From contig JBFWNS010000001.1 of NCBI GenBank assembly GCA_050250935.1, positions 224,001 through 288,000 on the forward strand: a stretch of DNA of 64,000 nt, written 5' to 3'. The stretch's first letter is position 1; the number at the start of each line of letters is the position of its first letter. The notes beneath the pieces are model-generated. The model was not told where the DNA came from, made no database searches, and saw nothing but the letters and a program-made list of their open reading frames with translations. Made by a program: the position numbers and the translations under genes. Origin of the DNA: Candidatus Margulisiibacteriota bacterium. GTDB taxonomy: Bacteria; Margulisbacteria; Marinamargulisbacteria; JBFWNS01. Below, piece after piece: positions 24,060-35,951 of the stretch.

Positions 24060-24898
24060 GAAAAAAGGCCCTGTCTTCCACCCAAAAACGACGACGCCTT
24101 TTGGCTTTGGGATTATTGTTCGCCCTCGTTGGACTTATCGTTCTTTTCAAACTTCCTCAGCTTAAAATTCAAACCGTGATTGTTGAAAACTGTCGTCTTT
24201 CTGATCCCAAATTGGTATACCCCACTGCAGAATCGATGAAGGGTCGGAATATTTTATGGGTCAAATTAATCGCATCACCGGCATCGAAACTGGTGGCTGT
24301 GAATCCGAAATTGGCGAGTTGTCATGTGTCGGTGGTGTTGCCCAAGACCTTGATACTGACCCTGACCGAAAAAAAACCTTGGATTACCCTGGTCGACGAA
24401 GGGGGACATTGGTATCAATTTTCGGAAGACGGGAGCTTGCTTCGGGATGGGGACGGAACACCGCCCACCACTCGGGATGAGCCTTTGGTCCTTGGGGTCC
24501 CAAAACGGTTTTATCCCAAACATGTCCTAAGCCCCAACGCATTAAGCAATATCAACAAACTGGTAGCCAGGCTTCATTTTCATTTTCCACACGCTTTTTT
24601 TGAAATTCATTTTGATGTATTCTCATTTGATCCTAAAACACAGTTTTTGAGCAAAATTACGGTGTTCCAGGACCATCTTCCGATTCCCATGAACCTTGGC
24701 AATATGGAGAGTATGGACCTAAAATTAAGGACACTAAATCAGTTTTTATCGGCGTACATGACCCTTCATTCGCTGAAACCGGAAGATTTGCCAAAGCGAT
24801 TGGATCATGTGGACGTCAGCTTGGGACAAAAAATTATTGTTGGGGAAAAAATGCACACTTTTGAACGCGTTGTAACCGAAAATAGCCATGGCCAGTAA
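24056..24898 (+). CDS. ftsQ: Cell division protein FtsQ/DivIB family
   Basis: Basic N-terminus, one TM helix, POTRA-like segment ending LPKTLILTLTEKKP; lies between ddl and ftsA. Confidence 0.75.
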   Translation: MRKKALSSTQKRRRLLALGLLFALVGLIVLFKLPQLKIQTVIVENCRLSDPKLVYPTAESMKGRNILWVKLIASPASKLVAVNPKLASCHVSVVLPKTLILTLTEKKPWITLVDEGGHWYQFSEDGSLLRDGDGTPPTTRDEPLVLGVPKRFYPKHVLSPNALSNINKLVARLHFHFPHAFFEIHFDVFSFDPKTQFLSKITVFQDHLPIPMNLGNMESMDLKLRTLNQFLSAYMTLHSLKPEDLPKRLDHVDVSLGQKIIVGEKMHTFERVVTENSHGQ

Positions 24899-26087
24899 AG
24901 ACGGCTATTACCTGGGAATCGACATTGGGTCTTCCAAAATTGCGGCGGTGATCTGCGATATCGACGCCAACGCCCAAATTAATCTGAAGGGGCTGGGCTC
25001 TAGCCTGACTTCGGGGTTGGTACGGGGCAAAATTGACGATATGGACAGCTTAAAATCGGCCATTGAAAGGGCCATCAAGCGGGCCGAACGCACGGCCGAA
25101 ATCCGACCCAAACGCGCCATGATTGCCATTCCCTCGTATCGGCTGGAGTTTGTTCATTCCTTTGGCAGCTTAAAGCTTAAAGAAGAGACGTCTCAAGTTT
25201 GCGAAGAAGACAAGGCCGAGTGTATTAAACGGGCCAAAAACATGGTCCCAACCCACCAAAAAACCATTTTGCATGTGGTGCCCTTAACCTACAAAATCGA
25301 CGGGCAAGTGGCTGCAGATCCGATCGGACAACAAGGCCGTATTTTGGAAGTCGAGACCCTGATTGTGCTGGTGGACCATGACTTTATTCAACAACTGACC
25401 CATGTTTTGCATGGCCTTGGCCTTCATATTAGTGGGTTGGTCTATGATTTATTGGCATCTGGCCAAATTTTGGTGACAGAAGAAGAAAAAAATTACCACA
25501 GTCTGATTTTGGATATTGGGGGAAAATTCACCAAAGTGGGTGTTTTTCGACACGGGTTGCTCGAACATTCTTGTGTTCTGCCCTTGGGCGGAGACAGCTT
25601 CACAGCCGATTTGGCTTATTGCCTTAAAACGTCTTGGCAGGAAGCCGAGCGCATTAAATTGAACCATGGCACCACCGCCTTGGCCGCACTTGACCCTACC
25701 GAAACCGTGACGGTGATGAACAAAGAAGGGGTCGAAGAGCAGGTTAAACTTCGCCTGATCGGCCAAATTTTGCAGGCCCGTGCCCTGGAAATTATTCAAC
25801 TGATTAAGAAAGAATTAAACCCTAAATCCTATGACATTCAGCGCAGCATTTTAACCGGTCGTGGCACCTTACTTCATGGCATGAGCCATCTGGTTCACAC
25901 CCATTTCAAGGCACCCGTTCGATTGGGTTATCCCGAGAACATTAAGCCCATTGTCGACCAAATTGAATATGCCAGCGCCGTTGGCGGCATTTTATTTGGG
26001 CTTCGCAGCAAGGCCATTTTGCCTCAGGGGAAATCGAAATATAAGGTATCCACCCTGCTGAACAAGTGGATGCGGGATTTCTTCTAG
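24888..26087 (+). CDS. ftsA: Cell division protein FtsA
   Basis: GIDIGSSKI, LDIGG, LGGDSFTADLA, AERIKLNHG, C-terminal amphipathic KWMRDFF. Confidence 0.92.
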   Translation: MASKDGYYLGIDIGSSKIAAVICDIDANAQINLKGLGSSLTSGLVRGKIDDMDSLKSAIERAIKRAERTAEIRPKRAMIAIPSYRLEFVHSFGSLKLKEETSQVCEEDKAECIKRAKNMVPTHQKTILHVVPLTYKIDGQVAADPIGQQGRILEVETLIVLVDHDFIQQLTHVLHGLGLHISGLVYDLLASGQILVTEEEKNYHSLILDIGGKFTKVGVFRHGLLEHSCVLPLGGDSFTADLAYCLKTSWQEAERIKLNHGTTALAALDPTETVTVMNKEGVEEQVKLRLIGQILQARALEIIQLIKKELNPKSYDIQRSILTGRGTLLHGMSHLVHTHFKAPVRLGYPENIKPIVDQIEYASAVGGILFGLRSKAILPQGKSKYKVSTLLNKWMRDFF

Positions 26088-26099
26088 ACGGTTCTAGCC

Positions 26100-26681
26100 C
26101 TAGCGCAATACCTGCATTCGATCCAAAGGCCAGAAGGTGAAAAAGGCCCTGCCCAACAAATCTTGGGACGGAACAAACCCCCAATAGCGAGAATCCAAGG
26201 AATTGGCCCGATTGTCGCCCAACATGAAATAGGAATCAGCTGGCACGGTAATAGGCCCATAATTGGCCCCATCGTTTTGAATGTTTACACCTGGCAAAGT
26301 GGTGAGCTTGCCATTGATGTACAGCTCTCCGTCGATGAGCTGAACGGTTTCTCCGGGCAACCCAATGCAGCGCTTAACGTAGTCTTTGCCATCGTGGAAG
26401 GGGGATTTAAACACCACGATTTCGCTTCGTTTTGGCTTTTCAAAAAAGTAGACAAATTTGTTTACAAACAACCGATCCCCAACCATCATGGTGGGAATCA
26501 TAGAGCCTGTGGGCACCAAAGACGTTTGAACAATATAAGTTCGAATTAAAAGGGCCATGGCCAAGGCCACCACAACGGTTTCCACCACATCAACCAAAAA
26601 ATACCGAACCAAGCTTTTGGCTTTAAGGTCTTTTTTATAGGTCTCCCAATTTTTGAGTTTGGTTTTAATCGCTTGAATCAT
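26100..26681 (-). CDS. lepB: Signal peptidase I
   Basis: PTGSMIPT, YVKRCIGLPGE, GDNRANSLDSRYWG. Confidence 0.97.
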   Translation of the reverse strand: MIQAIKTKLKNWETYKKDLKAKSLVRYFLVDVVETVVVALAMALLIRTYIVQTSLVPTGSMIPTMMVGDRLFVNKFVYFFEKPKRSEIVVFKSPFHDGKDYVKRCIGLPGETVQLIDGELYINGKLTTLPGVNIQNDGANYGPITVPADSYFMLGDNRANSLDSRYWGFVPSQDLLGRAFFTFWPLDRMQVLR

Positions 26682-26758
26682 CTCGACACCCTTCGAACAA
26701 CGTTAGAATTTTTTAAAAAAGATAGCATCCTTTCAATGCCCTGTCATGATCTGAAAAT

Positions 26759-29051
<2,293 letters not shown>

Positions 29052-29062
<11 letters not shown>

Positions 29063-29474
29063 AACCCTCCGCGAAGCCCTGGAAAACCTGTCTAAAAAGC
29101 GCCACCTGCTAACCGACGAAGCCATCAAAGCCAAGGACAATTACGACAAAATCAAAGCCCCAGAAGCGCCAGCTTCGACCAGCGAAAAACAGTTCAAAAA
29201 AAATCTGGCCGTTCTTGAAGAATTCAACGACAGTGTCCATATGCTTTCGTCTATTTTTCGGAAATCCAAATTCGATGAATTGGCCTTGTTTTTGTCTCAA
29301 CCCGGTCGGGTTTTTATTATTAATTTTTTTATTGGTATTGTGCGTGGCGTGGGATTCGCCGTTGGGTGTTTAATGATTACCTTTTTGATGGCCTATTTGG
29401 TCAAAGAATCGGTAACCCTGGCCCATTTGCACCATTGGGTGGTGTTTATTAAAACACTGTTTTTAAAAGCATGA
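29052..29474 (+). CDS. Small membrane protein, DUF5665-like
   Basis: [22 protein letters not shown] resembles the DUF5665 core; start at ATG 29052 after GGAG. Confidence 0.6.
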
Positions 29475-29941
29475 CGATTTTTAGCAAGGGGTATACCCGG
29501 TTTATTGTATTGGGCTTTATTATCGACCAAATCACCAAGATGATGGCCCAAACCAATTTGTCTTTTTTTGAGCCAACAGAAGTGATTCCAAACGTCTTGC
29601 AATTCCAATTGGTGAACAATTTCGGGGCTGCATACGGCATTTTGCAAAACCAACGTTTTTTTCTATTGGGGATTGGTCTTATTGTCCTGGCTGGCTGTTA
29701 TGTGTTTCGAAGCAAACTGGGCACCAGCACCTGGTCGCGATTGGGCTTAAGCTTTCTGATGATTGGCATCGCCGGCAACGTCTTTGATCGTTTGTGGCGT
29801 GGCTTTGTAATTGATTTTATCGACATCCATGTGATTCCGGTGTTCAACCTGGCTGATGTTTGCATCAACATTGGGATGGCCCTGTTTATATTGGAACTTT
29901 TTGCACCCCGTGGAACTCAAAAGCACCGCCGACGACGTTAG
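29471..29941 (+). CDS. lspA: Lipoprotein signal peptidase II
   Basis: DQITK, NFGAAYGIL, GNVFDR, VIDFI, FNLADVCI. Confidence 0.96.
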   Translation: MTIFSKGYTRFIVLGFIIDQITKMMAQTNLSFFEPTEVIPNVLQFQLVNNFGAAYGILQNQRFFLLGIGLIVLAGCYVFRSKLGTSTWSRLGLSFLMIGIAGNVFDRLWRGFVIDFIDIHVIPVFNLADVCINIGMALFILELFAPRGTQKHRRRR

Positions 29942-30776
29942 GCTGGACCTCTATTTGGCCGAATACTTGGGCCAAAGCCGGGGAGAGCTTCAAAAAAAGA
30001 TCAAACATGGGTTGGTTCGGGTCAATGGTGAGGTTGCCAAACCGGCATTGCGGCTTGCTCAGGGAGATCATATTGTTTTGTCTGAAGCGGAACCCTTGGT
30101 TTCTGCAGCCATTCTGCCCTGCCCCGTTCCCGATTTTTTATATGAAGACGCCGACATTGTCGTGCTGAACAAACCCGCTGGCTGCCTGGTCCATGCCGGA
30201 CAAGGACAAGAGAATACCGAAACCCTGGTGGATTATCTTGAACAACGCATGCCCTTGTCGACCCTGGCCGGAACGGGACGCCACGGGATTGTTCACCGTC
30301 TAGATCAATGGACAGAAGGCCTGATGGTGATTGCAAAATCCGATATCGCCTATACCCAGTTGGTGGCCCAGTTTAAGGCCCATACTGTTTTAAAACGCTA
30401 TTATGCCATGGTGTTGGGCAATCCCTTGAGCGACCATCAAACGGTTGATCAGCCCATTAAACGCAGCAACGCCAGCTTTACCAAATTCGTCGTAACTTCG
30501 CAAAAAGACGCCAATGCCAAACCCTCTACCACCCACGTTCGGGTCTTAAAACGCTTTCAAACCAAGACCTTGATCGAAGCCCAGCCAGTGACAGGACGAA
30601 CCCATCAAATTCGTGTACACTGCGCCTTTTTGGGCCACCCCGTGGTTGGGGATTCCCTGTATGGAAAAGCCAAAGAAGGGCAACAACAGCTCCAGGCTTT
30701 CACCCTGGGATTCGATCACCCCACGAAAGGGTTACGGTTGGTGTTTCAACTGCCACTCTCAGACCGTTTGGGATAG
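29910..30776 (+). CDS. RluA/RluD-family pseudouridine synthase with S4 domain
   Basis: RLDLYL, NKPAG, GIVHRLD, TGRTHQIRVH, GHPVVGD; GTG 29910 start inferred. Confidence 0.92.
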   Translation: MELKSTADDVRLDLYLAEYLGQSRGELQKKIKHGLVRVNGEVAKPALRLAQGDHIVLSEAEPLVSAAILPCPVPDFLYEDADIVVLNKPAGCLVHAGQGQENTETLVDYLEQRMPLSTLAGTGRHGIVHRLDQWTEGLMVIAKSDIAYTQLVAQFKAHTVLKRYYAMVLGNPLSDHQTVDQPIKRSNASFTKFVVTSQKDANAKPSTTHVRVLKRFQTKTLIEAQPVTGRTHQIRVHCAFLGHPVVGDSLYGKAKEGQQQLQAFTLGFDHPTKGLRLVFQLPLSDRLG

Positions 30777-31127
30777 GCCGCCCAGCAACACTTGGGTTAT
30801 AGGCCCTGTACTTGTCGCAATACGGTCTAGCAATTTTTGCCCATCTTGTTCGGGAACTTTTCCCTGAGTTAACCCTTGGGTTAGGGTTTCAGCAACGCTG
30901 GTTCTGACCAACTCGTCACTGGATCTGGCCAGTTCTGAGAGTCGATTAAAATCGGTTGGAGACATCATCGAGGTATTTTTCATGCGTTCCGAAATCAATT
31001 GAATCTCGGCAAAATGGTCCAAATGACTGCCCACCGAAAACCCTGGGGCAGACGAAGACCCACCGCGGCTGCTTGGCACACCGCCAAAAAACGCCCCCAA
31101 TCTTGATCCACCTTGAATGCCGCTCAT
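30759..31127 (-). CDS. Hypothetical protein (122 aa)
   Basis: ATG 31127 preceded by GGAG; fills the gap between neighbours; Ser/Gly-rich N-terminus, helical C-terminus. Confidence 0.5.
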   Translation of the reverse strand: MSGIQGGSRLGAFFGGVPSSRGGSSSAPGFSVGSHLDHFAEIQLISERMKNTSMMSPTDFNRLSELARSSDELVRTSVAETLTQGLTQGKVPEQDGQKLLDRIATSTGPITQVLLGGLSQTV

Positions 31128-31189
31128 TTTGGCTCCGTACCCACAAATCGCAGGGTTTAAACATGGCTTTTTTTTGCTATAGTGCCTCC

Positions 31190-31906
31190 ATGCGATATTT
31201 GGGTTTTTACATCTTTTTTTGTGGGGTTCTGGGTCAAGCTTTGCTGGCCACTCCCAAAACCATTTTCGAGGCCCGGTATAAAGGGGCACCCGCTTATACC
31301 ATCGAGGTTGAGGCACAAAACGTGGTTCACCATGGACGCCCTCTAACCCTTCTGGAAACCCGAAGCCAAGGCCCAAACATTGAAGAACTGAACCAATGTC
31401 TGTTGGATGAGACTTTGCAGCTGGTCCATTTGTTCCAAACCTCTCAAAACGGGTATACCAAGGCCCACTATCAATGGGAGATTGACTTTTCTGATGCCAA
31501 AGGGCAGGTTACCTATGGGTCTTTGGGCAACCCCAAACGTCATCTGGTTTTGGTGACCCATCCCAATACCAGAACCCTTCAGACCTTTCTGTTTAGCCTG
31601 AAAGACCAAGATTTGGAACCCGGAACATCCCTACAATTTTGGATGCTGACCCCACCAGCCAGCTTGTTTTCAATGACTGCTACTGTGGTGGGCACTGACA
31701 CCTTCGATGGAGCTGGTCTGCGGCCGTTTTATTCGGATTGGGCTTCGAGACGGGACTGCTATCGGATCGAATGTCAGGTCTCGGGGCTATTTGGCTATCT
31801 ATTGCCCAAAACAACCCTCTGGGTTACCCAGAAAAAACCTCATATTCCCGTTAAGTATGTCGACCAGCAGCAAACCATTGTGCTGGTTAAAACGGTAGCG
31901 GATTGA
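31190..31906 (+). CDS. Secreted hypothetical protein (beta-rich, possibly DUF3108-like)
   Basis: Signal peptide MRYLGFYIFFCGVLGQALLA; C-terminal LWVTQKKPHIPVKY. Confidence 0.6.
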   Translation: MRYLGFYIFFCGVLGQALLATPKTIFEARYKGAPAYTIEVEAQNVVHHGRPLTLLETRSQGPNIEELNQCLLDETLQLVHLFQTSQNGYTKAHYQWEIDFSDAKGQVTYGSLGNPKRHLVLVTHPNTRTLQTFLFSLKDQDLEPGTSLQFWMLTPPASLFSMTATVVGTDTFDGAGLRPFYSDWASRRDCYRIECQVSGLFGYLLPKTTLWVTQKKPHIPVKYVDQQQTIVLVKTVAD

Positions 31907-31907
31907 T

Positions 31908-32546
31908 CTAGCGCAATCGAAAGTGGTGGGCGATGTCCAAGACTTCTTCTTCCAAGCAAAACCGAAGCAAGGTTTTGTTTAAGTAGGCATAAACAATGCC
32001 CATGGCCAAAATGGCCAGAAAAACGTCGCCTCCGACCACAATCCAAGAATAAATGGCTGCGATGAACAAGGCAACGGGATAGGCCAGAATGAGGGTGTTG
32101 GTCAGACCCATCGACACCAGCATCAAGAGCGGAAACACCCCCACAAAACTCCAATGAATGGCCGTTAAAATACCCCACATAAAAAACCAATTGGCCTGAA
32201 GCCTGGGCAAGCTCATGCTATGGCCATGAAATTCAAAATCCACCTCGGCCTCTTCGGGTGGCAGTAGGTGGTGAAACACCATCATGACCCCAACCGTGGC
32301 CAGAACCCAATAGTCGCTGTCCCACCACAAATGGGCCACAAGGGGAAAGGCAAACCCCAAAACGAATTCCAATAGTTTTTCCCCAAAGGTTAGCCATTGG
32401 TATAAAGAAGCCTGACACCACAGGGATGGCCTGTCCAATTGTCCTTGAATGTCTCGAATTTGAGCATGGCCCCATCGCTTGAGTCGCGAAAGGGGAATCG
32501 AGACCACGACCATCACCACCGCAAAAAAAAGAATCAGGGGAAACAA
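31908..32546 (-). CDS. Multi-pass membrane protein, possibly a degenerate PlsY homologue
   Basis: About 210 aa with several TM helices; SIP near the N-terminus and an H..P segment recall PlsY, but its glycine motifs are absent. Confidence 0.5.
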   Translation of the reverse strand: MFPLILFFAVVMVVVSIPLSRLKRWGHAQIRDIQGQLDRPSLWCQASLYQWLTFGEKLLEFVLGFAFPLVAHLWWDSDYWVLATVGVMMVFHHLLPPEEAEVDFEFHGHSMSLPRLQANWFFMWGILTAIHWSFVGVFPLLMLVSMGLTNTLILAYPVALFIAAIYSWIVVGGDVFLAILAMGIVYAYLNKTLLRFCLEEEVLDIAHHFRLR

Positions 32547-32552
32547 GGGGTG

Positions 32553-33782
32553 TTACTGATCCAGTTCAAACGCAGCATGAAGCAGGGCTACTGCGCGCTT
32601 GGCTTCTTTGCGTTCGATGGCGCAAGAAATTTTGATTTCGGAGGTTGAAATCAGTTTGATATTAATGCCATTTTGCCCCAAAACCGAGAACAATTTGGCG
32701 GCAACACCAGGCTTAGAGATCATGCCAACCCCGACAATCGAGACCTTGGCAATGGCATCGTCCCATTTGACGCCTTTGGCTCCCAATTCGGCAGCCACAG
32801 TTTCGGCCACGGTTCTGGCTTGGGCCAAATCGTCTTGATCGACGGTGAAGGTGATTTTGTTGATGTGGTTTTCTTCTGAACTTTGAATGATCATATCGAC
32901 ATTGATGGCGGCTTCGGCCAGCTGGGTAAAAACTTTACCCGCCACGCCAGGGCTATCCGGTACATTCAAAATAGAGACGAGGGCTTCGGTTTCGTTGAGG
33001 GTAACGCCTGTTACCGGTTTGGTTGCTTCCATGACGGATACCTCTTTTACTTTGGTGCCTTCATCCGGTGCGAAGGATGAACGGACCTGTAGGATGATGT
33101 TGTTTTCTTTGGCACATTCCACAGACCGTGGATGCAGTACCTTGGCGCCCAACGAAGCCATTTCGAGCATTTCTTCATACGCAATTTCTTGCAGCTTTTT
33201 TGCGGTTGGCACGAGGCGGGGATCGGTGGTGTAGACCCCATTCACATCGGTGTAGATTTCGCATTCTGCGGCCCCTAGGGCTGCTGCCAAAACGACGGCC
33301 GAGGTATCGGATCCGCCCCGTCCAATGGTGGTGATGTCGCCATTGGGATTGAGGCCTTGAAAACCGGTAACAACCACGACTTTTCCGGCTTCGAGTTCTT
33401 GGATCAGGCGAGTTGTTTCCACATTGGTGATCTTGGCTTTAACGTGGGCCAATTCGGTTTCAACACCGGCCTGAGGCCCTGTTAAAGAAACGGCTGGAAC
33501 CCCTTTTTGAATCAGGGTCATCGCCAACAAGGCAGCCGAAATGGCCTCGCCCGTGGAAATAAGGGCATCGTATTCTCGGGGATCTGGGGTTGCTGTAATT
33601 TTTTTGGCCAGGTCAATCAGGTCGTCGGTGGTATCGCCCATGGCCGAAACCACCACCACCACGTGGCGGGTTTTTTTAAGGGTTTGAATCACGCGGTCTG
33701 CCACCGCCATAATGCGTTCTGGGGACCCCACGGAGGTGCCGCCAAACTTCTGAACGATTAAGGAATTTACATCTATAGGCAC
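32553..33782 (-). CDS. lysC: Aspartate kinase with two ACT domains
   Basis: VQKFGGTSV, VVSAMGDTTD, GRGGSDTSAV, YTDVNGVYTTDPR, STSEIKIS; GTG 33782 start inferred. Confidence 0.96.
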   Translation of the reverse strand: MPIDVNSLIVQKFGGTSVGSPERIMAVADRVIQTLKKTRHVVVVVSAMGDTTDDLIDLAKKITATPDPREYDALISTGEAISAALLAMTLIQKGVPAVSLTGPQAGVETELAHVKAKITNVETTRLIQELEAGKVVVVTGFQGLNPNGDITTIGRGGSDTSAVVLAAALGAAECEIYTDVNGVYTTDPRLVPTAKKLQEIAYEEMLEMASLGAKVLHPRSVECAKENNIILQVRSSFAPDEGTKVKEVSVMEATKPVTGVTLNETEALVSILNVPDSPGVAGKVFTQLAEAAINVDMIIQSSEENHINKITFTVDQDDLAQARTVAETVAAELGAKGVKWDDAIAKVSIVGVGMISKPGVAAKLFSVLGQNGINIKLISTSEIKISCAIERKEAKRAVALLHAAFELDQ

Positions 33783-33789
33783 GTCGCCT

Positions 33790-33818
33790 GTTATACCCAA
33801 CGGGGGTTTGAGTGTCAA
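33790..33818 (-). promoter_or_regulatory. sigma70 promoter of lysC
   Basis: TTGACA-N17-TATAAC on the minus strand, 7 nt before the GTG start. Confidence 0.75.
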
Positions 33819-33847
33819 CCCTGGGAGGTGCTATGATTGCCGCCACT

Positions 33848-35071
33848 ATGAAACACATTCCATCGGTTCCCTTGATCTTGCGTAATTGGGTTGAACACTC
33901 GTCCAATCCTTTGTTAAACCACAGACTGTTTTTATTGGAGAACTGGCAGTGGTTGGGACTGGCCTTGAGTACGGGATTTGCCTTGCTGACCGGCCTTGTC
34001 GCCCTGATGATTGCCCGGTTTATCTTAAAAAGAACAACCTTAAAGGTGAATGGTTTGCCCATCCCCAATTTAACCGATTTGTCCCTGTCTGTTGGGATTT
34101 TTATGGTTGGGTGGAGTCTGAAAGCTGGGGTTTATTTTTTGGAGTTGCCCGAACATCTTTATTCGGGCCTTGGCATTCTGGCCCATGTGGTAATGACCAC
34201 GGGTTTGGTTGTGGCGTTGTGGCGATGCATTCAGTTTATTCAAACCACATTAAGCACAGCAGCCCCCAAATCGGATGGGCGCATGGACGCCCTAATGGCC
34301 TCGCTGATTTCCAGAACTTTAACCCTATTACTGGGGATTATTGCGGCCTTGTTGTACGCCAAAGCCTTGGGATTTCAGGTCTCGAGCTTGCTGGCCGGTG
34401 TGGGGCTTGGGGGGTTGGCTGTGGCCATGGCCGCCAAAGACACGTTGGCCAACATTTTTGGGTCTTTGGGCATTGTCATGGACAAGCTGTTCCGAACAGG
34501 TGACGTGATCAAAATTGGGGAACTTGAAGGCAGCGTTGAAAGTGTTAGTTTTCGCAATACCAAAATCAGAACCCCTCAAAATTCCTTGCTGACCATTCCC
34601 AATTCCATGGTGTTAACCTCGCCTTTGGATAACCTGGGGGTTCGGACCAGTCGACGCCTTAAAACCACCTTTACCCTGCCCCTCTCGGTGACCCCAGACA
34701 AAATCGAGGCATTTTGTGCAGGTATTAAGACCTTGATTTTAAAACAGCCTCTCACCAAAAAAGAAGGTTTCTATGTTTCGGTGACAGAGGTGTCGTCTTT
34801 GGGCTATACCCTTCAGGTGATCTGCCAACACAAAACCAAAGATTATGATGTCGAGTTGTCTGAACGGCATCGGCTGATGCTGGACATCGTCCGTTTGGCC
34901 CACGTCCTGGATATCCCGTTGACCCCTCAACCCACCACCACCATTAATGCCAAATCAGAGCAAACCCCGGATCCGGCTCAATTCACCTCGAAAACCGAGC
35001 AAGACAAATGGATTGCTTTCGGAAAAGAGCAGGCTGAACGCCTCAGCGACGAATTTGGAACCAAGCTCTAG
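33848..35071 (+). CDS. MscS-family mechanosensitive channel
   Basis: SLLAGVGLGGLAVAMAAKDTLANIFG, FRTGDVI, GSVESVSFRNTKIRT, TIPNS; start 33833 or 33848. Confidence 0.93.
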   Translation: MKHIPSVPLILRNWVEHSSNPLLNHRLFLLENWQWLGLALSTGFALLTGLVALMIARFILKRTTLKVNGLPIPNLTDLSLSVGIFMVGWSLKAGVYFLELPEHLYSGLGILAHVVMTTGLVVALWRCIQFIQTTLSTAAPKSDGRMDALMASLISRTLTLLLGIIAALLYAKALGFQVSSLLAGVGLGGLAVAMAAKDTLANIFGSLGIVMDKLFRTGDVIKIGELEGSVESVSFRNTKIRTPQNSLLTIPNSMVLTSPLDNLGVRTSRRLKTTFTLPLSVTPDKIEAFCAGIKTLILKQPLTKKEGFYVSVTEVSSLGYTLQVICQHKTKDYDVELSERHRLMLDIVRLAHVLDIPLTPQPTTTINAKSEQTPDPAQFTSKTEQDKWIAFGKEQAERLSDEFGTKL

Positions 35072-35075
35072 CGGT

Positions 35076-35951
35076 TTACCACCGATAGGACACACCCAAT
35101 TGGCTTTGGGGTTGATTCAGACCTTCAATGCTTAACTGGGTCAGACCATAGGCCACCGAGAACGGATCCAAATTCAGGCAAACCCCTAGTCCATAGCGCT
35201 TGAACTGAAAGCGGCTGTCCAACACCAGGTCTCCGGTTAACCCCAGCATGGGATGCAGACGCCACCCCACCTTAAAGCGTTCGTATTTGGCCACGTCGTA
35301 GCCCATCTGAAGGGTCCAGGGTCCCAGGTCCATGCCCCCGCCCAGCACCAGATGGGGAGACAGAAATTCGGTACGACCATAAGTCCAGGCATAGCCTGTT
35401 TGAAGGATGTTTTCGGTATAAGCTTCCAGCCAATAGCCATCGGGGTTCCACACCACACCAGCATCCACAGACCATCCGCTGGCCATCGCTGTATCCAATT
35501 GCTGGGCATAGCGCCGAATATTGCCTCCAAAACGCCAGTTCTGCCAGGTTTTACCAACCGTGGTTTGTACCACCTGAAAGGATTGTCCAAATTGGCCTAC
35601 TACCTCCCCTCGCCCATTGGAGGCAAATTGGGTTCTTGCGATGTCCGAAGTCGACAGACCCAGAAACCCCACACCCACCGAGACTCCCCGAATAGTGGTA
35701 GAAGACCCCACCAAACTTTGGGAATACCCGAAAGCATCCTGCTTGGATTCGAGTTTTGTGACATCACCTGCTCGGCCAATCCAAGCGGGGTTTTCGAAGG
35801 TGGCCATGCCAGGGCTTTCGAAAACCTCGGGCTCGATAAATCCTTTTTGGGGACTGTAAGCATCCAGGGCTAAGACGGGGGTCGCGAACAACCACACCGC
35901 CAGTAGCGCTCCTATTGGTTTAAGCGTTTTAGTGACTGTTGTTTGACCCAC
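35076..35951 (-). CDS. Outer-membrane beta-barrel protein (PorV/FadL-like)
   Basis: Signal peptide, early NPA motif, amphipathic strands, C-terminal QLGVSYRW beta-signal; start uncertain. Confidence 0.6.
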   Translation of the reverse strand: MGQTTVTKTLKPIGALLAVWLFATPVLALDAYSPQKGFIEPEVFESPGMATFENPAWIGRAGDVTKLESKQDAFGYSQSLVGSSTTIRGVSVGVGFLGLSTSDIARTQFASNGRGEVVGQFGQSFQVVQTTVGKTWQNWRFGGNIRRYAQQLDTAMASGWSVDAGVVWNPDGYWLEAYTENILQTGYAWTYGRTEFLSPHLVLGGGMDLGPWTLQMGYDVAKYERFKVGWRLHPMLGLTGDLVLDSRFQFKRYGLGVCLNLDPFSVAYGLTQLSIEGLNQPQSQLGVSYRW

